A stretch of 64,000 nt of DNA, taken from assembly GCA_041178085.1 (NCBI GenBank), contig JBEGVZ010000018.1, forward strand, positions 1 through 64,000, given 5' to 3'. The position numbers were made by a program, and so were the translations under genes. Position 1 is the stretch's first letter. Each line of letters begins with the position of its first letter. Of the stretch, positions 27,748-37,495 are shown piece by piece. The notes below the pieces were generated by a model. It ran no database searches. It had not been told where the DNA came from and saw only the letters and a program-made list of their open reading frames with translations. This stretch comes from Pseudomonadota bacterium. GTDB lineage: Bacteria; Bdellovibrionota_B; Oligoflexia; Oligoflexales; RGVZ01.

Positions 27748-29304
27748 ATGTCTGGAATTCTGAAAATCTCGTATTTCCGGGGCGTTACACTTATCGCGAC
27801 CCTGCTTGCCGGAACCCTTCTGCCCGTTCTTTCTGCCTGCAACCAGTCCGATCCGGGACCTGCCGACCTGAAAATTTATGGGGGCAAGCCCACAATTCCC
27901 GGTCAATTCGCGGGGACAGTTGCCCTGCTGGACCATGAGGGGTTGCGCTGCACCGGCACTCTGATCCACCCCCGGATCATAATCACCGCCGGCCACTGCG
28001 TGGCTGCCCCGCAAGGATCGTCGACCAGCACCCCGCCGCTCACCATGGTGGTCATCGGGCAAGGCGCTGAAGGCGGCCTTCTTGGCGACCGTGACATTGT
28101 CATCGAAGCTGGACCTGCGACGGTCCACCCTCTCTACCGCAAGCATCCGCGTGGAAACATGGATCTGGGTCTTGTTTTTCTGAACGCTCCAGCACCAATA
28201 AAAACCAACCAGATACCGCGCCTGGTGACCAACCCCCTCGATGTTCGCAGAATGATGCAAATCGAACTGCCACCGGGGCAGGTGCTGATCCATCCTCCGA
28301 TGTTGACCATGGTCGGGTTTGGCCGCAGGGAAGACGGCGGCACGGGCCGCAAGTTTTTCGTACAAAGTTCCGCCCAGCAGATTAACGCCTCTGAAATTGC
28401 CCTGGGCGGCAATGGCAAGGACTCGTGTACCGGCGACAGCGGCGGACCAGTCTTGTCGGCGGACAAACATCTGCTGGCAGTCATTTCCCGAGGCCTTACC
28501 ATCGGCTGCGGTTCTGGAGGTGTTGCCACGGTTGCAGCGGACGCCGCATGCTGGATCCAACAACAAGCTGGGACACATGGAATTGACTTCGCCGTCGACC
28601 AGCCTTGTGGCATCCCCGAGAAACAAGCCGCAGCCCTCGACTCGGCACTCTCGAGGCGTGCGTGCAGCTCTCCTGTATGTGAGCAACTGGACCTTTCTGA
28701 CTGGTACCTGGAATCGATCACGGGCCTCCATTCAAAAGTACCGGTTGTTCAGTCCCTTAACCTCAAGGGCAACCACCTGACGGACGTCTCGGAACTTCTG
28801 CTGATGAAAGGTCTGGTCGAAGTCGACCTCGGGTTCAATGACATCCCGCGCTCACAGATTGCGCGTCTTGAGGAGAACGGAATTTTAGTGCGCGGTGCCG
28901 GGCTCCAAACCAGCACCTTCCTCGACACCACATTCCTGCAGACTTGTCTGCGCGAACCAGATCACTGGACTGAAGGTGAAACAGCGATGATCAGGGCGCT
29001 GCGCGCGCGTTTTGCCACGAACGACTGCTCCACCATCAACATGCGCCTGATCAAAAGCACCCGACTTTCCCTGGCAGGTCGCGGCATTCGCGAGTTGGAC
29101 TTGCTTGCCGGCCTCCCCCTGCTGCAACACTTGGACCTGTCGGACAACCCGCTTGTCGCGCTTGCGCCGCTGTTGGCCATTGAGCGCTTGAAGTCTCTGG
29201 ACTTGCGCAAAGCCCCCGCGGCTTTGATGGAAACCGATCACCGTCAGCTCGATGAACTCAAGGCAAAGGGTGTTCAGGTGATCGTCGAGGACAAGACACC
29301 TTGA
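27748..29304 (+). CDS. Trypsin-like serine protease fused to leucine-rich repeats (lipoprotein)
   Basis: LSAC lipobox, IYGG, TAGHC, DLG, DSCTGDSGGP; LRRs LNLKGNHL, VDLGFNDI, LDLSDNPL. Confidence 0.9.
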   Translation: MSGILKISYFRGVTLIATLLAGTLLPVLSACNQSDPGPADLKIYGGKPTIPGQFAGTVALLDHEGLRCTGTLIHPRIIITAGHCVAAPQGSSTSTPPLTMVVIGQGAEGGLLGDRDIVIEAGPATVHPLYRKHPRGNMDLGLVFLNAPAPIKTNQIPRLVTNPLDVRRMMQIELPPGQVLIHPPMLTMVGFGRREDGGTGRKFFVQSSAQQINASEIALGGNGKDSCTGDSGGPVLSADKHLLAVISRGLTIGCGSGGVATVAADAACWIQQQAGTHGIDFAVDQPCGIPEKQAAALDSALSRRACSSPVCEQLDLSDWYLESITGLHSKVPVVQSLNLKGNHLTDVSELLLMKGLVEVDLGFNDIPRSQIARLEENGILVRGAGLQTSTFLDTTFLQTCLREPDHWTEGETAMIRALRARFATNDCSTINMRLIKSTRLSLAGRGIRELDLLAGLPLLQHLDLSDNPLVALAPLLAIERLKSLDLRKAPAALMETDHRQLDELKAKGVQVIVEDKTP

Positions 29305-29885
29305 CCGAGCACGCAGAACCACCGCAACCGGGGTCCAGACCTTCATTGGCCCGATCAGCCACCGTCATTTACGGCATCATGATCCTGGCTGGTCTGTCGC
29401 TGATGCATTTCTGGCAGGGAAACCTGCACTCATCCCTGACAATTCCAGCCGTTGTACCGGAACGATGGCGTTTGCTGGCCGGCGCAATCACCGCTGCAGG
29501 TTTTCTATTGACCAGCAGCGCCGCGCTGGAAAGCTGGAACCAGTCCTTCCGCGAATTAAAGAAAATGTTCCAACAACTGATCGGCCCGGCCCCAACCTGG
29601 GTGGCTTTGTGGTTGGCACTGGTTTCCTCTGTCGGGGAAGAGACCTTTTTTCGCGGAGCCCTGCAACCAACCTTGGGTATTTTTCCGACCAGCATCCTTT
29701 TCGGCCTTGCGCACCTTGGTCCTGACGGACGAATCGGGGTGTGGAGCCTCTGGGCTTGTGTGGCTGGACTCATCCTGGGGTGGACTTTCGCGGAATCCGG
29801 CTGCCTCTGGCCGGCAATCGTGGCACACTTCCTTGTCAACGGAATTTCACTGGTCACCTTGCAGAGGCAGTACCGCGCACGATGA
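29301..29885 (+). CDS. CPBP (type II CAAX/Abi) intramembrane glutamic endopeptidase
   Basis: GEETFFRG, FGLAH, AHFLVN within multiple TM helices. Confidence 0.9.
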   Translation: MTEHAEPPQPGSRPSLARSATVIYGIMILAGLSLMHFWQGNLHSSLTIPAVVPERWRLLAGAITAAGFLLTSSAALESWNQSFRELKKMFQQLIGPAPTWVALWLALVSSVGEETFFRGALQPTLGIFPTSILFGLAHLGPDGRIGVWSLWACVAGLILGWTFAESGCLWPAIVAHFLVNGISLVTLQRQYRAR

Positions 29886-30352
29886 TGCCAGAACATTTGC
29901 ATGTCTGCCTTTACCAGCCGGAAATCCCCCAAAACACCGGCAACATTGGCCGGCTCGTGGCCGGATCACAATGCCGCTTGCACTTGATCAGGCCGTTTGC
30001 GTTTTCGACCGAAGACAAAAACCTGCGCAGGGCTGGACTGGATTACTGGCCTTACCTGGACCTTGAGATTCACGACCAACTCGATACGCTGCTGGATCTT
30101 CATGCACCACGCATCGCATTTTTTTCCGCCCGATCGACAAGGCCATACACCGAAATTCCGGCGAATACCGACTTGCTGGTCTTCGGACAAGAAACAAAAG
30201 GCCTTCCAGCGACACTGCGGGACCGATATCCAGACAATTTTTACACGATCCCGATTTTCCATGACAAGGTCCGCAGCCTCAATGTGGCGAACGCGGTCTC
30301 CATCGTCTTGTACCACCAGCTCATGAAAAGAAAGGGGTACCTCCGTGGCTGA
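29882..30352 (+). CDS. trmL: tRNA (cytidine/uridine-34-2'-O)-methyltransferase
   Basis: PEIPQNTGNIGR, RRAGLDYW, FGQETKGL, RSLNVANAV. Confidence 0.93.
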   Translation: MMPEHLHVCLYQPEIPQNTGNIGRLVAGSQCRLHLIRPFAFSTEDKNLRRAGLDYWPYLDLEIHDQLDTLLDLHAPRIAFFSARSTRPYTEIPANTDLLVFGQETKGLPATLRDRYPDNFYTIPIFHDKVRSLNVANAVSIVLYHQLMKRKGYLRG

Positions 30353-31457
30353 AATAACCCCCCGTGATGTCAGCAAGGAGTGGCTACTGCAGTTTCTGGT
30401 GCCGAGCCTCATCGAAGCATCACCTTACAAGATCGACACCACGCAAACACCGGTGAAACTGGATCAGAACGAAAACCCTTGGGACTGGCCCGCACACCTC
30501 AAGGAAAAGATCCTCAGCGAATTGATGGCACGCCCCTGGAACCGCTATCCGTCAGCTTACAGCGACGAACTCGCCGACCTTGTTGGCAGGCAAGAGGGCT
30601 TGCCTCCGGGATGCGTTTTGCTGGCGCCTGGATCAAATTACCTTGTAGCGTTGGTGATGAGTACCTTTTCGCGGATGAGCAAAGGCAAGGTGGTAGTCGC
30701 CCGCCCATCATTTGCGCTTTACGAATCCCATGCCGCGTACGATGGAATCCCGGTCACTCCTTGGCTGCTCGATGAAAACATGCAGTACAATCCTGCCGCG
30801 CTGCCGGAACTGACGTCTGGTTCCATGGTGGTGTTTGCGTCCCCCAACAATCCAGTAGGAAACGTCCTGCCCTTTGCGACACTGGAAAAACTTCTGGCCG
30901 CGAATCCCCAGGTGCTGTTCGTCGCTGACGAGGCATATCTGGAGTATGCCCGCGAGCCGTATACACCGCTCCTGCAAAAGTACGCCAATCTCGTATTGAT
31001 CCGCACCTTTTCAAAAACCCTTGGTGCCGCCGGGGTCAGGCTTGGCTACCTGATCGCCGCCCCCATGATCACCACACAACTCAGAAAATTGCGTCTGCCC
31101 TACATGGTCAACCAGTTCGGCCTCGTGGCCGCGCGCATGGTTCTTGAGGACCAGGAGACAAGAACCCATTTCAAGGAAGTCGTCCGTAAAGGCATCGTCG
31201 AGAGAGACCGGATTTACTCTAACCTGGCAAACATGGCCGGGCGGTCCGGATTTCGGGTCTTCCCTTCAGAAGCCAATTTCCTGCTCATGAAGTGGCCTGA
31301 CAAGGCTGCTTGTGACCGCATATACCGCCACCTGTTAACCCGCGGGATTTTAGTCCGCGACGTTTCCAGGGCACCTGGCCTTGCCGGGTGCCTGCGGGTA
31401 AGCATTGGAACCGAAGGTGAAAACGACCTTTTTTTGGCAGCCATGAAAGACGCATAA
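30345..31457 (+). CDS. hisC: Histidinol-phosphate aminotransferase
   Basis: KLDQNENP, NRYP, SPNNPVG, DEAY, RTFSKTLGAAGVRLG, ANF, LRVSIG. Confidence 0.88.
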   Translation: MAEITPRDVSKEWLLQFLVPSLIEASPYKIDTTQTPVKLDQNENPWDWPAHLKEKILSELMARPWNRYPSAYSDELADLVGRQEGLPPGCVLLAPGSNYLVALVMSTFSRMSKGKVVVARPSFALYESHAAYDGIPVTPWLLDENMQYNPAALPELTSGSMVVFASPNNPVGNVLPFATLEKLLAANPQVLFVADEAYLEYAREPYTPLLQKYANLVLIRTFSKTLGAAGVRLGYLIAAPMITTQLRKLRLPYMVNQFGLVAARMVLEDQETRTHFKEVVRKGIVERDRIYSNLANMAGRSGFRVFPSEANFLLMKWPDKAACDRIYRHLLTRGILVRDVSRAPGLAGCLRVSIGTEGENDLFLAAMKDA

Positions 31458-31490
31458 GGTGTAAAAAGCTCGGGTTATCTGAACCGGCGC

Positions 31491-31517
31491 TAAATGAATT
31501 TTCGTCAGAGCCGATTG
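31491..31517 (+). promoter_or_regulatory. Sigma-28 (FliA)-type promoter
   Basis: TAAA-tgaattttcgtcaga(15)-GCCGATTG, 40 nt upstream of the REC-TPR gene. Confidence 0.65.
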
Positions 31518-31557
31518 ACCTTGTGGTGCGAACAAAACCGCACCCCTTGCAGGCGGG

Positions 31558-32784
31558 ATGGTCATGGCAAACGACTTCGATTTCTCAAAGCTTTTCTCGA
31601 TCCCGATCCCACCCCGGCAAGACCCGGCCCAGCCTGTCATCATCGTTGACGACCAGACCGACATCCGCCTGATCATCAGTCACCACCTGACAAAGCTTTC
31701 TTTTGCTAAAGTCCTGCAGGCCTCAGACGCCTATGATGCCGTTGCTCTGCTCCAGGCAAACCCAAATTGCTCGATGATCTTGTGTGACGCCGAGATGCCT
31801 GGAATGACCGCCATCGACCTGCTGACTGAAATGAAAGAACGCATGGACCTTCCTCGGGTACCGTTTTGCATGATGCTCGACAACCCGAGCAAAGAGAAAC
31901 TGATGCAAGCAGTCGAGCATGGCGTCGATGAGATCCTGGCCAAGCCGTTCACGTTCCAGGATCTCACAATCAAGATGACCTCGTGCTTCCAAAAATTCCA
32001 CAACCCGAAAAATCCCGAGAAAGTCTACGAGCTGGCAAAGGCACGTCTGAAGGCAAAGCAGTATGATGACGCGATGACAGTTTACGAGGCGCTACGCGAC
32101 GCATCACCGAAAGCCGTGCGGCCGTTGCTCGGCAAGGCGAGGATCGCCATGCTGCAAGGCAAGCTCGAAGATGCGCTGAAGCTGGTGGAAGAAGGCATCG
32201 CCATCAACGGCCAGTTCGTCCCGGCGTGGACGCTGAAGGCCGAACTGGAACTCGCACGGAAAGACATGTTGAACGCCGTGGAGAGCTACAAGAAGGCAAT
32301 CCGCTTGTCACCATTGAACCCGATCCGCTACAAGGCCGCAGCTGACATGCTGTTCCGCCTCCAGCGCTATGCAGAAGCCGTGGAAATCCTGGAAATCGCC
32401 TATCAGAACAAGGTCGAATTTCGCGAATTGAACCACTACCTCTCGCAGGCTTATTTCATGGTCAAGGAGTATCCAAAGGCCTTGAAATTCATCAAGACAG
32501 CCGTGATCTCGGATCCCGACAACATCAGCTACCTGAACCAGCTGGGGGTATGCCTCAAGGAGACGAGCCAGTGGGAGGAAGCTGCAAAGATCTACAACCA
32601 GATCATCAAGCTGGATCCTGAAAACCGAACTGCGCTCTACAACAAATCAATCTTGCTCTTCAACAAGGGCAACAAGGAAGAAGCCATAAAGCTGCTCGAT
32701 CGCGTGGTCAAAAAGCATCCCGACTTTGCCCAGGCTTCGGCAAAGCTCAAGGAATACCAGCAGTCCCTGCAAAAACCGGCCTGA
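31558..32784 (+). CDS. Response regulator (CheY-like receiver) with TPR output
   Basis: IIVDD, ILCDAEMPG (phospho-Asp), LAKPF, then serial TPRs. Confidence 0.88.
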   Translation: MVMANDFDFSKLFSIPIPPRQDPAQPVIIVDDQTDIRLIISHHLTKLSFAKVLQASDAYDAVALLQANPNCSMILCDAEMPGMTAIDLLTEMKERMDLPRVPFCMMLDNPSKEKLMQAVEHGVDEILAKPFTFQDLTIKMTSCFQKFHNPKNPEKVYELAKARLKAKQYDDAMTVYEALRDASPKAVRPLLGKARIAMLQGKLEDALKLVEEGIAINGQFVPAWTLKAELELARKDMLNAVESYKKAIRLSPLNPIRYKAAADMLFRLQRYAEAVEILEIAYQNKVEFRELNHYLSQAYFMVKEYPKALKFIKTAVISDPDNISYLNQLGVCLKETSQWEEAAKIYNQIIKLDPENRTALYNKSILLFNKGNKEEAIKLLDRVVKKHPDFAQASAKLKEYQQSLQKPA

Positions 32785-32790
32785 CAAAAA

Positions 32791-33756
32791 TCACTTGGTC
32801 AGGCCAATTTCCCGCAAGCGCTGGGCAAGGTAATCACCCGCCGTAATTTCGGGATAAAGTTTTTTGCCGCCCTGGCGCTTGACACAGCCAGGCAGCGGAT
32901 TCAAAGAAGCCTCCCCCCGCGGGTGGACGAAGAAAGGCATGGAGAACCGGCGGTCGCGGCTGTTGTCCGGGTTTACCACACGGTGTGTCGTGCTCTTCAG
33001 TACGCCGTTCGTCATGTTCTGGATCATGTCACCTGAATCAACGATGATTTGTCCGCGCAGGGCATGCACTGGACGCCACGTACCATCACGCTGCAACAAC
33101 TCCAGACCGCCGGCGGTTGCCTCACACAAAAGCGTAATCAAATTGATGTCTTCATGGGCCGCAGCGCGAACGCTGGCGGGATCAACACCTGGCGCAACCG
33201 GCGGGTAATGGATCACGCGCAAAATCGTGTCTCCATCTTCAGCAATGCTGGTGAAACGGTCTTTCGGCTCGTCCAGGTATTCCGCGCAGGCCTCAAGAAT
33301 GCTGAATGAACAGCGATCCATCGCGGAATAAAGATCGAGCATGATGCGTTTGAATTCAGGTAATTCTGCAGGCCAGAGGTTTGAAAGGCGTGCGTCTGCC
33401 GTCGTTGCAGGACGCTGCCACTGCTCACGGCCAACATGCCAGAATTCCTTGAGATCGGGGGCCTTTGAGTCCTTTGCGTGCTCCCGGCCAAAACTGGTGA
33501 ATCCCCTTTGACCGTGCCAATCCAGGCGTTCGTAGGACTTTTTGGTCGCCTCAGGAAGTTCAAAAAACTGCTGGGTCAGTCCGTATGCGCGATCGATCAG
33601 ACCGGCATCAACGCCGTGATTTTCCAAGGCAAAAAACCCGATGTCCTGAAGGGCTGACCCGACGGTATCAATGAATTTCCTGCGCCGTGCAGGGTCGGCG
33701 GATAGATAGTCCTGCAAATTCGCTACCGGGATCGATTGCCGGGTCTGGTGATTCAT
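32791..33756 (-). CDS. 2-oxoglutarate/Fe(II) oxygenase, isopenicillin N synthase family
   Basis: GFFALENHG, LRVIHYPP, AHEDINLITLL, STTHRV, RFSMPFFVHP. Confidence 0.9.
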   Translation of the reverse strand: MNHQTRQSIPVANLQDYLSADPARRRKFIDTVGSALQDIGFFALENHGVDAGLIDRAYGLTQQFFELPEATKKSYERLDWHGQRGFTSFGREHAKDSKAPDLKEFWHVGREQWQRPATTADARLSNLWPAELPEFKRIMLDLYSAMDRCSFSILEACAEYLDEPKDRFTSIAEDGDTILRVIHYPPVAPGVDPASVRAAAHEDINLITLLCEATAGGLELLQRDGTWRPVHALRGQIIVDSGDMIQNMTNGVLKSTTHRVVNPDNSRDRRFSMPFFVHPRGEASLNPLPGCVKRQGGKKLYPEITAGDYLAQRLREIGLTK

Positions 33757-33792
33757 TTGTAGGCCCTCCTTGTGCCCTATCTCGTTAGAAAA

Positions 33793-35394
33793 TTATTGGC
33801 CGCAACGCAAGCTGCCATTACCAATAATTTCCGGTACCAGGGCCGGCAAAACGGCCTGCATGACCTGGCATTGGCCTGCGCCAAGCTGCCCGGCCGGGTA
33901 CCCAGTGGACGCGCGGGATTCCGCCATGACAGCGAATGCCTCGCGCACGAAACTGCCCAGAGTTACCGGACTATTGGCACGAATCTGGTTGCCCATTCGG
34001 CTTGCCCAACGGATCAGCATGTCCCCCTTGAGAATCGATTTCTGGCCATCGGAAGCGAAGTTAGCGCGGTTGGCAATATCGGCCACCGTCGAATCAAATG
34101 CAGCATTGATACCATGGGCCAGGATCGCTCCGATGGTGTGAATACCCTGAAAATCCGGTGCGGAGCAGCTCTCTGCGCCATCCATTTCATTGCGGGAAAG
34201 AAAAATGCCCTGGACACGTTCATCATAGACCTTGCGTTGGCCATCGCCGAATAGAGGGCTCTCGACATCGCGGCTGCCGGCAAAACAATCCACACCGCGC
34301 AGCTGCCCATTGGCACCGTTGCGCACGTAGCGGGAATAAAGGTCTGCAAAGGCTTCATTCACAGCCCCCCAGTAAAGGTTTGGCCCGACCTGCCGTCCAC
34401 TGGTCTGAAACGGATTGCCAAGGATGATCCTGATTCCACCGCCGGCATTGGCTGTACCGCCGAAAAGGCCGCCGAAGGCCTGGCTCAGCGAAGAGGCTTG
34501 AAATCCAACCCGTGACCAGTCAAACATCGGCGGTATTGGGCTGTCAAAGACAGCCGCGTCACCTGTCAGGGACAGGTTGGTTGCACCGCCGAATGCATAA
34601 GAACGCAGGATGTGGTGGCCAAACTCGTGGCCAAGGGCCCAGGGAACCTCCCAGAGGAACAGGTCTTTCCAGAGGCCAGCGTCCGCTGCTTTCTGGCTCT
34701 TGGGATAAATCAGGAACGCGGGGCCGTTTCGATAAGCTGGAGCATAGGCAAGATTGTCCGTGACCAGGGAGATCCGGGTCTCCCTGCCACCGCTGGCGTT
34801 GTTGACGGCAAAAGCGCGTTCAACCCGCGGCAAAACCACGAGTTCCGTGGTTGGAAGGTTGTTGCGACGGGACGGCAGCGAATTATGGAATTCGTAAGCC
34901 GTGTTCAAAGTATAGAGCCCCATAAGGGCGACGGTTTCATGGGAAGTCCTGGGGAACAAAGCACGCTCACGACAAATGCGCAGGGGTTTTGGTTCGTCAA
35001 TGACCTTGTATTCCGACGGGCAATTGATTGAGGAACCAGACAGCTCACAGTCGGCGCGTTCACGAAGGCCATATGTCGTGCGGGTAATGTGCCTGGATGC
35101 CAGCACAGGTGCAGAAGTAACCGAGGTCAGCGGCACCCTGCGTTCTTCAATCTTGCCATCGGACCATTCAAAGACCCCTGCCTCGACAACGGCGTTGGCC
35201 CCCGTAATAGCGCCCTGACAAGCGGCATCATCGAATCCGTTGACATCGGAACCATCAGGGTTGCGGGCTGTCTCAGATGTATCCACCGGACTGTAAGGAG
35301 GTTTGTCGTCCGCGCCGGTTCCACCGCACGCTGACAAAAAGACAGGAACTATGAGAGTACCAACCGTAAAACGCCTGGAAGACAACAACCGCAT
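33793..35394 (-). CDS. Zinc metallopeptidase lipoprotein (gluzincin, M4/M36-like)
   Basis: FLSAC lipobox; DNLAY, HEFGH, NEAFADL, IHTIG. ATG 35394 preferred; the ORF track starts at 35430. Confidence 0.7.
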   Translation of the reverse strand: MRLLSSRRFTVGTLIVPVFLSACGGTGADDKPPYSPVDTSETARNPDGSDVNGFDDAACQGAITGANAVVEAGVFEWSDGKIEERRVPLTSVTSAPVLASRHITRTTYGLRERADCELSGSSINCPSEYKVIDEPKPLRICRERALFPRTSHETVALMGLYTLNTAYEFHNSLPSRRNNLPTTELVVLPRVERAFAVNNASGGRETRISLVTDNLAYAPAYRNGPAFLIYPKSQKAADAGLWKDLFLWEVPWALGHEFGHHILRSYAFGGATNLSLTGDAAVFDSPIPPMFDWSRVGFQASSLSQAFGGLFGGTANAGGGIRIILGNPFQTSGRQVGPNLYWGAVNEAFADLYSRYVRNGANGQLRGVDCFAGSRDVESPLFGDGQRKVYDERVQGIFLSRNEMDGAESCSAPDFQGIHTIGAILAHGINAAFDSTVADIANRANFASDGQKSILKGDMLIRWASRMGNQIRANSPVTLGSFVREAFAVMAESRASTGYPAGQLGAGQCQVMQAVLPALVPEIIGNGSLRCGQ

Positions 35395-35469
35395 AAGCAA
35401 CAACCCCAACAACAGCAGCAACATCAACAACAGCGAACAGCAACTAAAAACAAGAACCCGATGGCAGGC

Positions 35470-37485
35470 TTAGCCCGCCCGGGGCGTCCTGAAATCCGAG
35501 GCAACCAGAACATCTCCGACCTGACGGGGGCGGAACATGAGGCGACTGCCGACACCGACATTTAACAACCCGGCGCGGACAAGGTCGTATGGGAAAAACA
35601 AGAATGAACGCTTCCCCTCGCGACCATCGTCAACCACCAGTGACCCCATGCGATCGGGATCAAAAAAGGTAACGACGCCCTCTGTTTCAAAAACATCTTC
35701 GGAACGGTCAATGACCAGCGGTCCGGTGCTTCCCGGAATCGCTGCAGCATCAAGGGCGGCACGAACCACTTTGGCTTTGGGATCGTCTTCACGAAGCATG
35801 ATCACAAGCATGTGGCGCGCACGGGTCGCTGCGACGTACATCATGCTTGACATGATCGGATTGGAGAGTTCCATCTTGTGTTCAGAGAAATTCACCAGCA
35901 CGGCGACCTTTGTTTCCAGCCCCTTGAAACCGGCAACCGTGGCAATGACGGTTCCTCCCTTGGAAGGATTGCCGTCAACGATTCCTGCCTGGGGCACATG
36001 AAGCCCCGGCAACATAGATCCCGACGCCCGGGGATTACGCGCGGAAACAAGGGCCACTTCGTCTGGACGGACACCTTCGCGATCAATCAGGTCCTGCAGC
36101 GTTGCGGCCAACTTGACCCTTGCATCCGCCTCGTCCTTGTAAGTCACCAGCCTGGGCATGAAACCAGAACGTGAACTGTGGCTCCTCAGCACCTGAGAAC
36201 CAGTCCGGAATGCACGTGCAAAAGTGGAAATCTCCCGCGTCGTACGATAGTTATGCACGAGGGGAAAGTACGGTGCTGCAACAGGCAGCACCTGCTCTGG
36301 AACAAACTGCTTTTCGCCGCCACCCGAACCAAAAACGCCCTGGCTCCGATCGAAAAACAAGTAGAAGCGCGAGGCCGGTCCGGCCAGGAGCGACTCGATC
36401 GGTTCCCACCAGAATGGTTGGACATCCTGAGCTTCATCGCAAAGAATGACGTCATAGCGACGCGGATCGCTCGCTATGGAAAACTTGAGTTTTTCGGGAC
36501 CTTCAAACTGCAACCAATCCTCAAGCTTGCCGGCATAGCCGGCCGGGACGCGCAACAACTCGACACCAAAGCTGGATGCCAGCTCGCTATAAGTCATGAC
36601 ATCCACACCTTTACCAGCATCGGCCCGCAGCTTCTCGTTCAACTGCGGATTCGATGATGCAAGCAGAACCCGGGCGCCTTCATCACGGAACTTGCGAGCC
36701 AGCATGGCCGCCAGCATGGTCTTGCCGGTGCCAGCTTCTCCTTCGATACCAAGCCGCGACGCACTCGTAACAGGCGTCACCAGGGATTCCTGGATAGACT
36801 CAATATCACCCATGCGCAGATCATGATGATCAATGTACTGGCGCAGGAAATTGCGGCTTTCAAAGTGGCTCCCCTTGACCAGGCGATCAAGTAGCCTTGC
36901 ATCAGGAGCGGAAAATTTCAGGTATCGTTCTGGATGGGAGCGTTTTGCAATTTCAAACAAAGTAGATTCAAGATTCTCCAGGCGGTTACGCCCGATCACG
37001 AGATCCCGTTCAAGGCCAGCGGCGACCGGCAACTCACTTTCGTCCACCGTGGGCAGGCATACCGCGTGGCATACCGGCAGACGATGTCCTTCTTTTTTCA
37101 AGAATCGGTAAAAGCGGTTCTTCCACACCAATGCCTGCTGGAAAGGGTCCTGGATCTTGAAACGCTCTCCCTGGCGATTGATCGAGTAAAAAGCGCCGTC
37201 CTGGATCTGGATACGGCCGCCCTTCACTTCGATTACAATAAATCCCGTCGCCGGGTGGAAAAAGACAAAATCGATTTCACTCTCCCGCAAGCCCTCACCA
37301 GGTTCGAAGGCGGAAATCACGCAGGAATAATAGACCCGCCAGCCGGGACCCAGACGGGTGGCTGCGGCGCGGTACAACAACTCCTCGGCACCGCTCGGAA
37401 ACACCACTCGATGCGACCTTGCGTCGGGGACCAGGGTGATTCCAGGACGGGAACGTGACTTCATGGCTGCGTGGCGGTTGCTCAT
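35470..37485 (-). CDS. NERD nuclease - SF1 (UvrD-like) helicase - cold-shock-like OB domain fusion
   Basis: EIDFV...IEVKGG; GEAGTGKT, CDEAQD, HNYR, FKGLE, YVAATRAR; C-terminal GVVTFFDPDRMGSLVVDDG...FLF. Confidence 0.85.
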   Translation of the reverse strand: MSNRHAAMKSRSRPGITLVPDARSHRVVFPSGAEELLYRAAATRLGPGWRVYYSCVISAFEPGEGLRESEIDFVFFHPATGFIVIEVKGGRIQIQDGAFYSINRQGERFKIQDPFQQALVWKNRFYRFLKKEGHRLPVCHAVCLPTVDESELPVAAGLERDLVIGRNRLENLESTLFEIAKRSHPERYLKFSAPDARLLDRLVKGSHFESRNFLRQYIDHHDLRMGDIESIQESLVTPVTSASRLGIEGEAGTGKTMLAAMLARKFRDEGARVLLASSNPQLNEKLRADAGKGVDVMTYSELASSFGVELLRVPAGYAGKLEDWLQFEGPEKLKFSIASDPRRYDVILCDEAQDVQPFWWEPIESLLAGPASRFYLFFDRSQGVFGSGGGEKQFVPEQVLPVAAPYFPLVHNYRTTREISTFARAFRTGSQVLRSHSSRSGFMPRLVTYKDEADARVKLAATLQDLIDREGVRPDEVALVSARNPRASGSMLPGLHVPQAGIVDGNPSKGGTVIATVAGFKGLETKVAVLVNFSEHKMELSNPIMSSMMYVAATRARHMLVIMLREDDPKAKVVRAALDAAAIPGSTGPLVIDRSEDVFETEGVVTFFDPDRMGSLVVDDGREGKRSFLFFPYDLVRAGLLNVGVGSRLMFRPRQVGDVLVASDFRTPRAG

Positions 37486-37495
37486 GGGGGTCGTT

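Noticed and set aside
32791..33756. IPNS-family oxygenase as a beta-lactam or other biosynthetic cluster
   Set aside because: No NRPS, PKS or tailoring genes nearby; stand-alone members are common.
33793..37485. Stop-codon readthrough fusing the NERD helicase to the metallopeptidase (same frame, single TAA)
   Set aside because: The downstream gene has its own start and lipoprotein signal; a shared frame is expected by chance one time in three.
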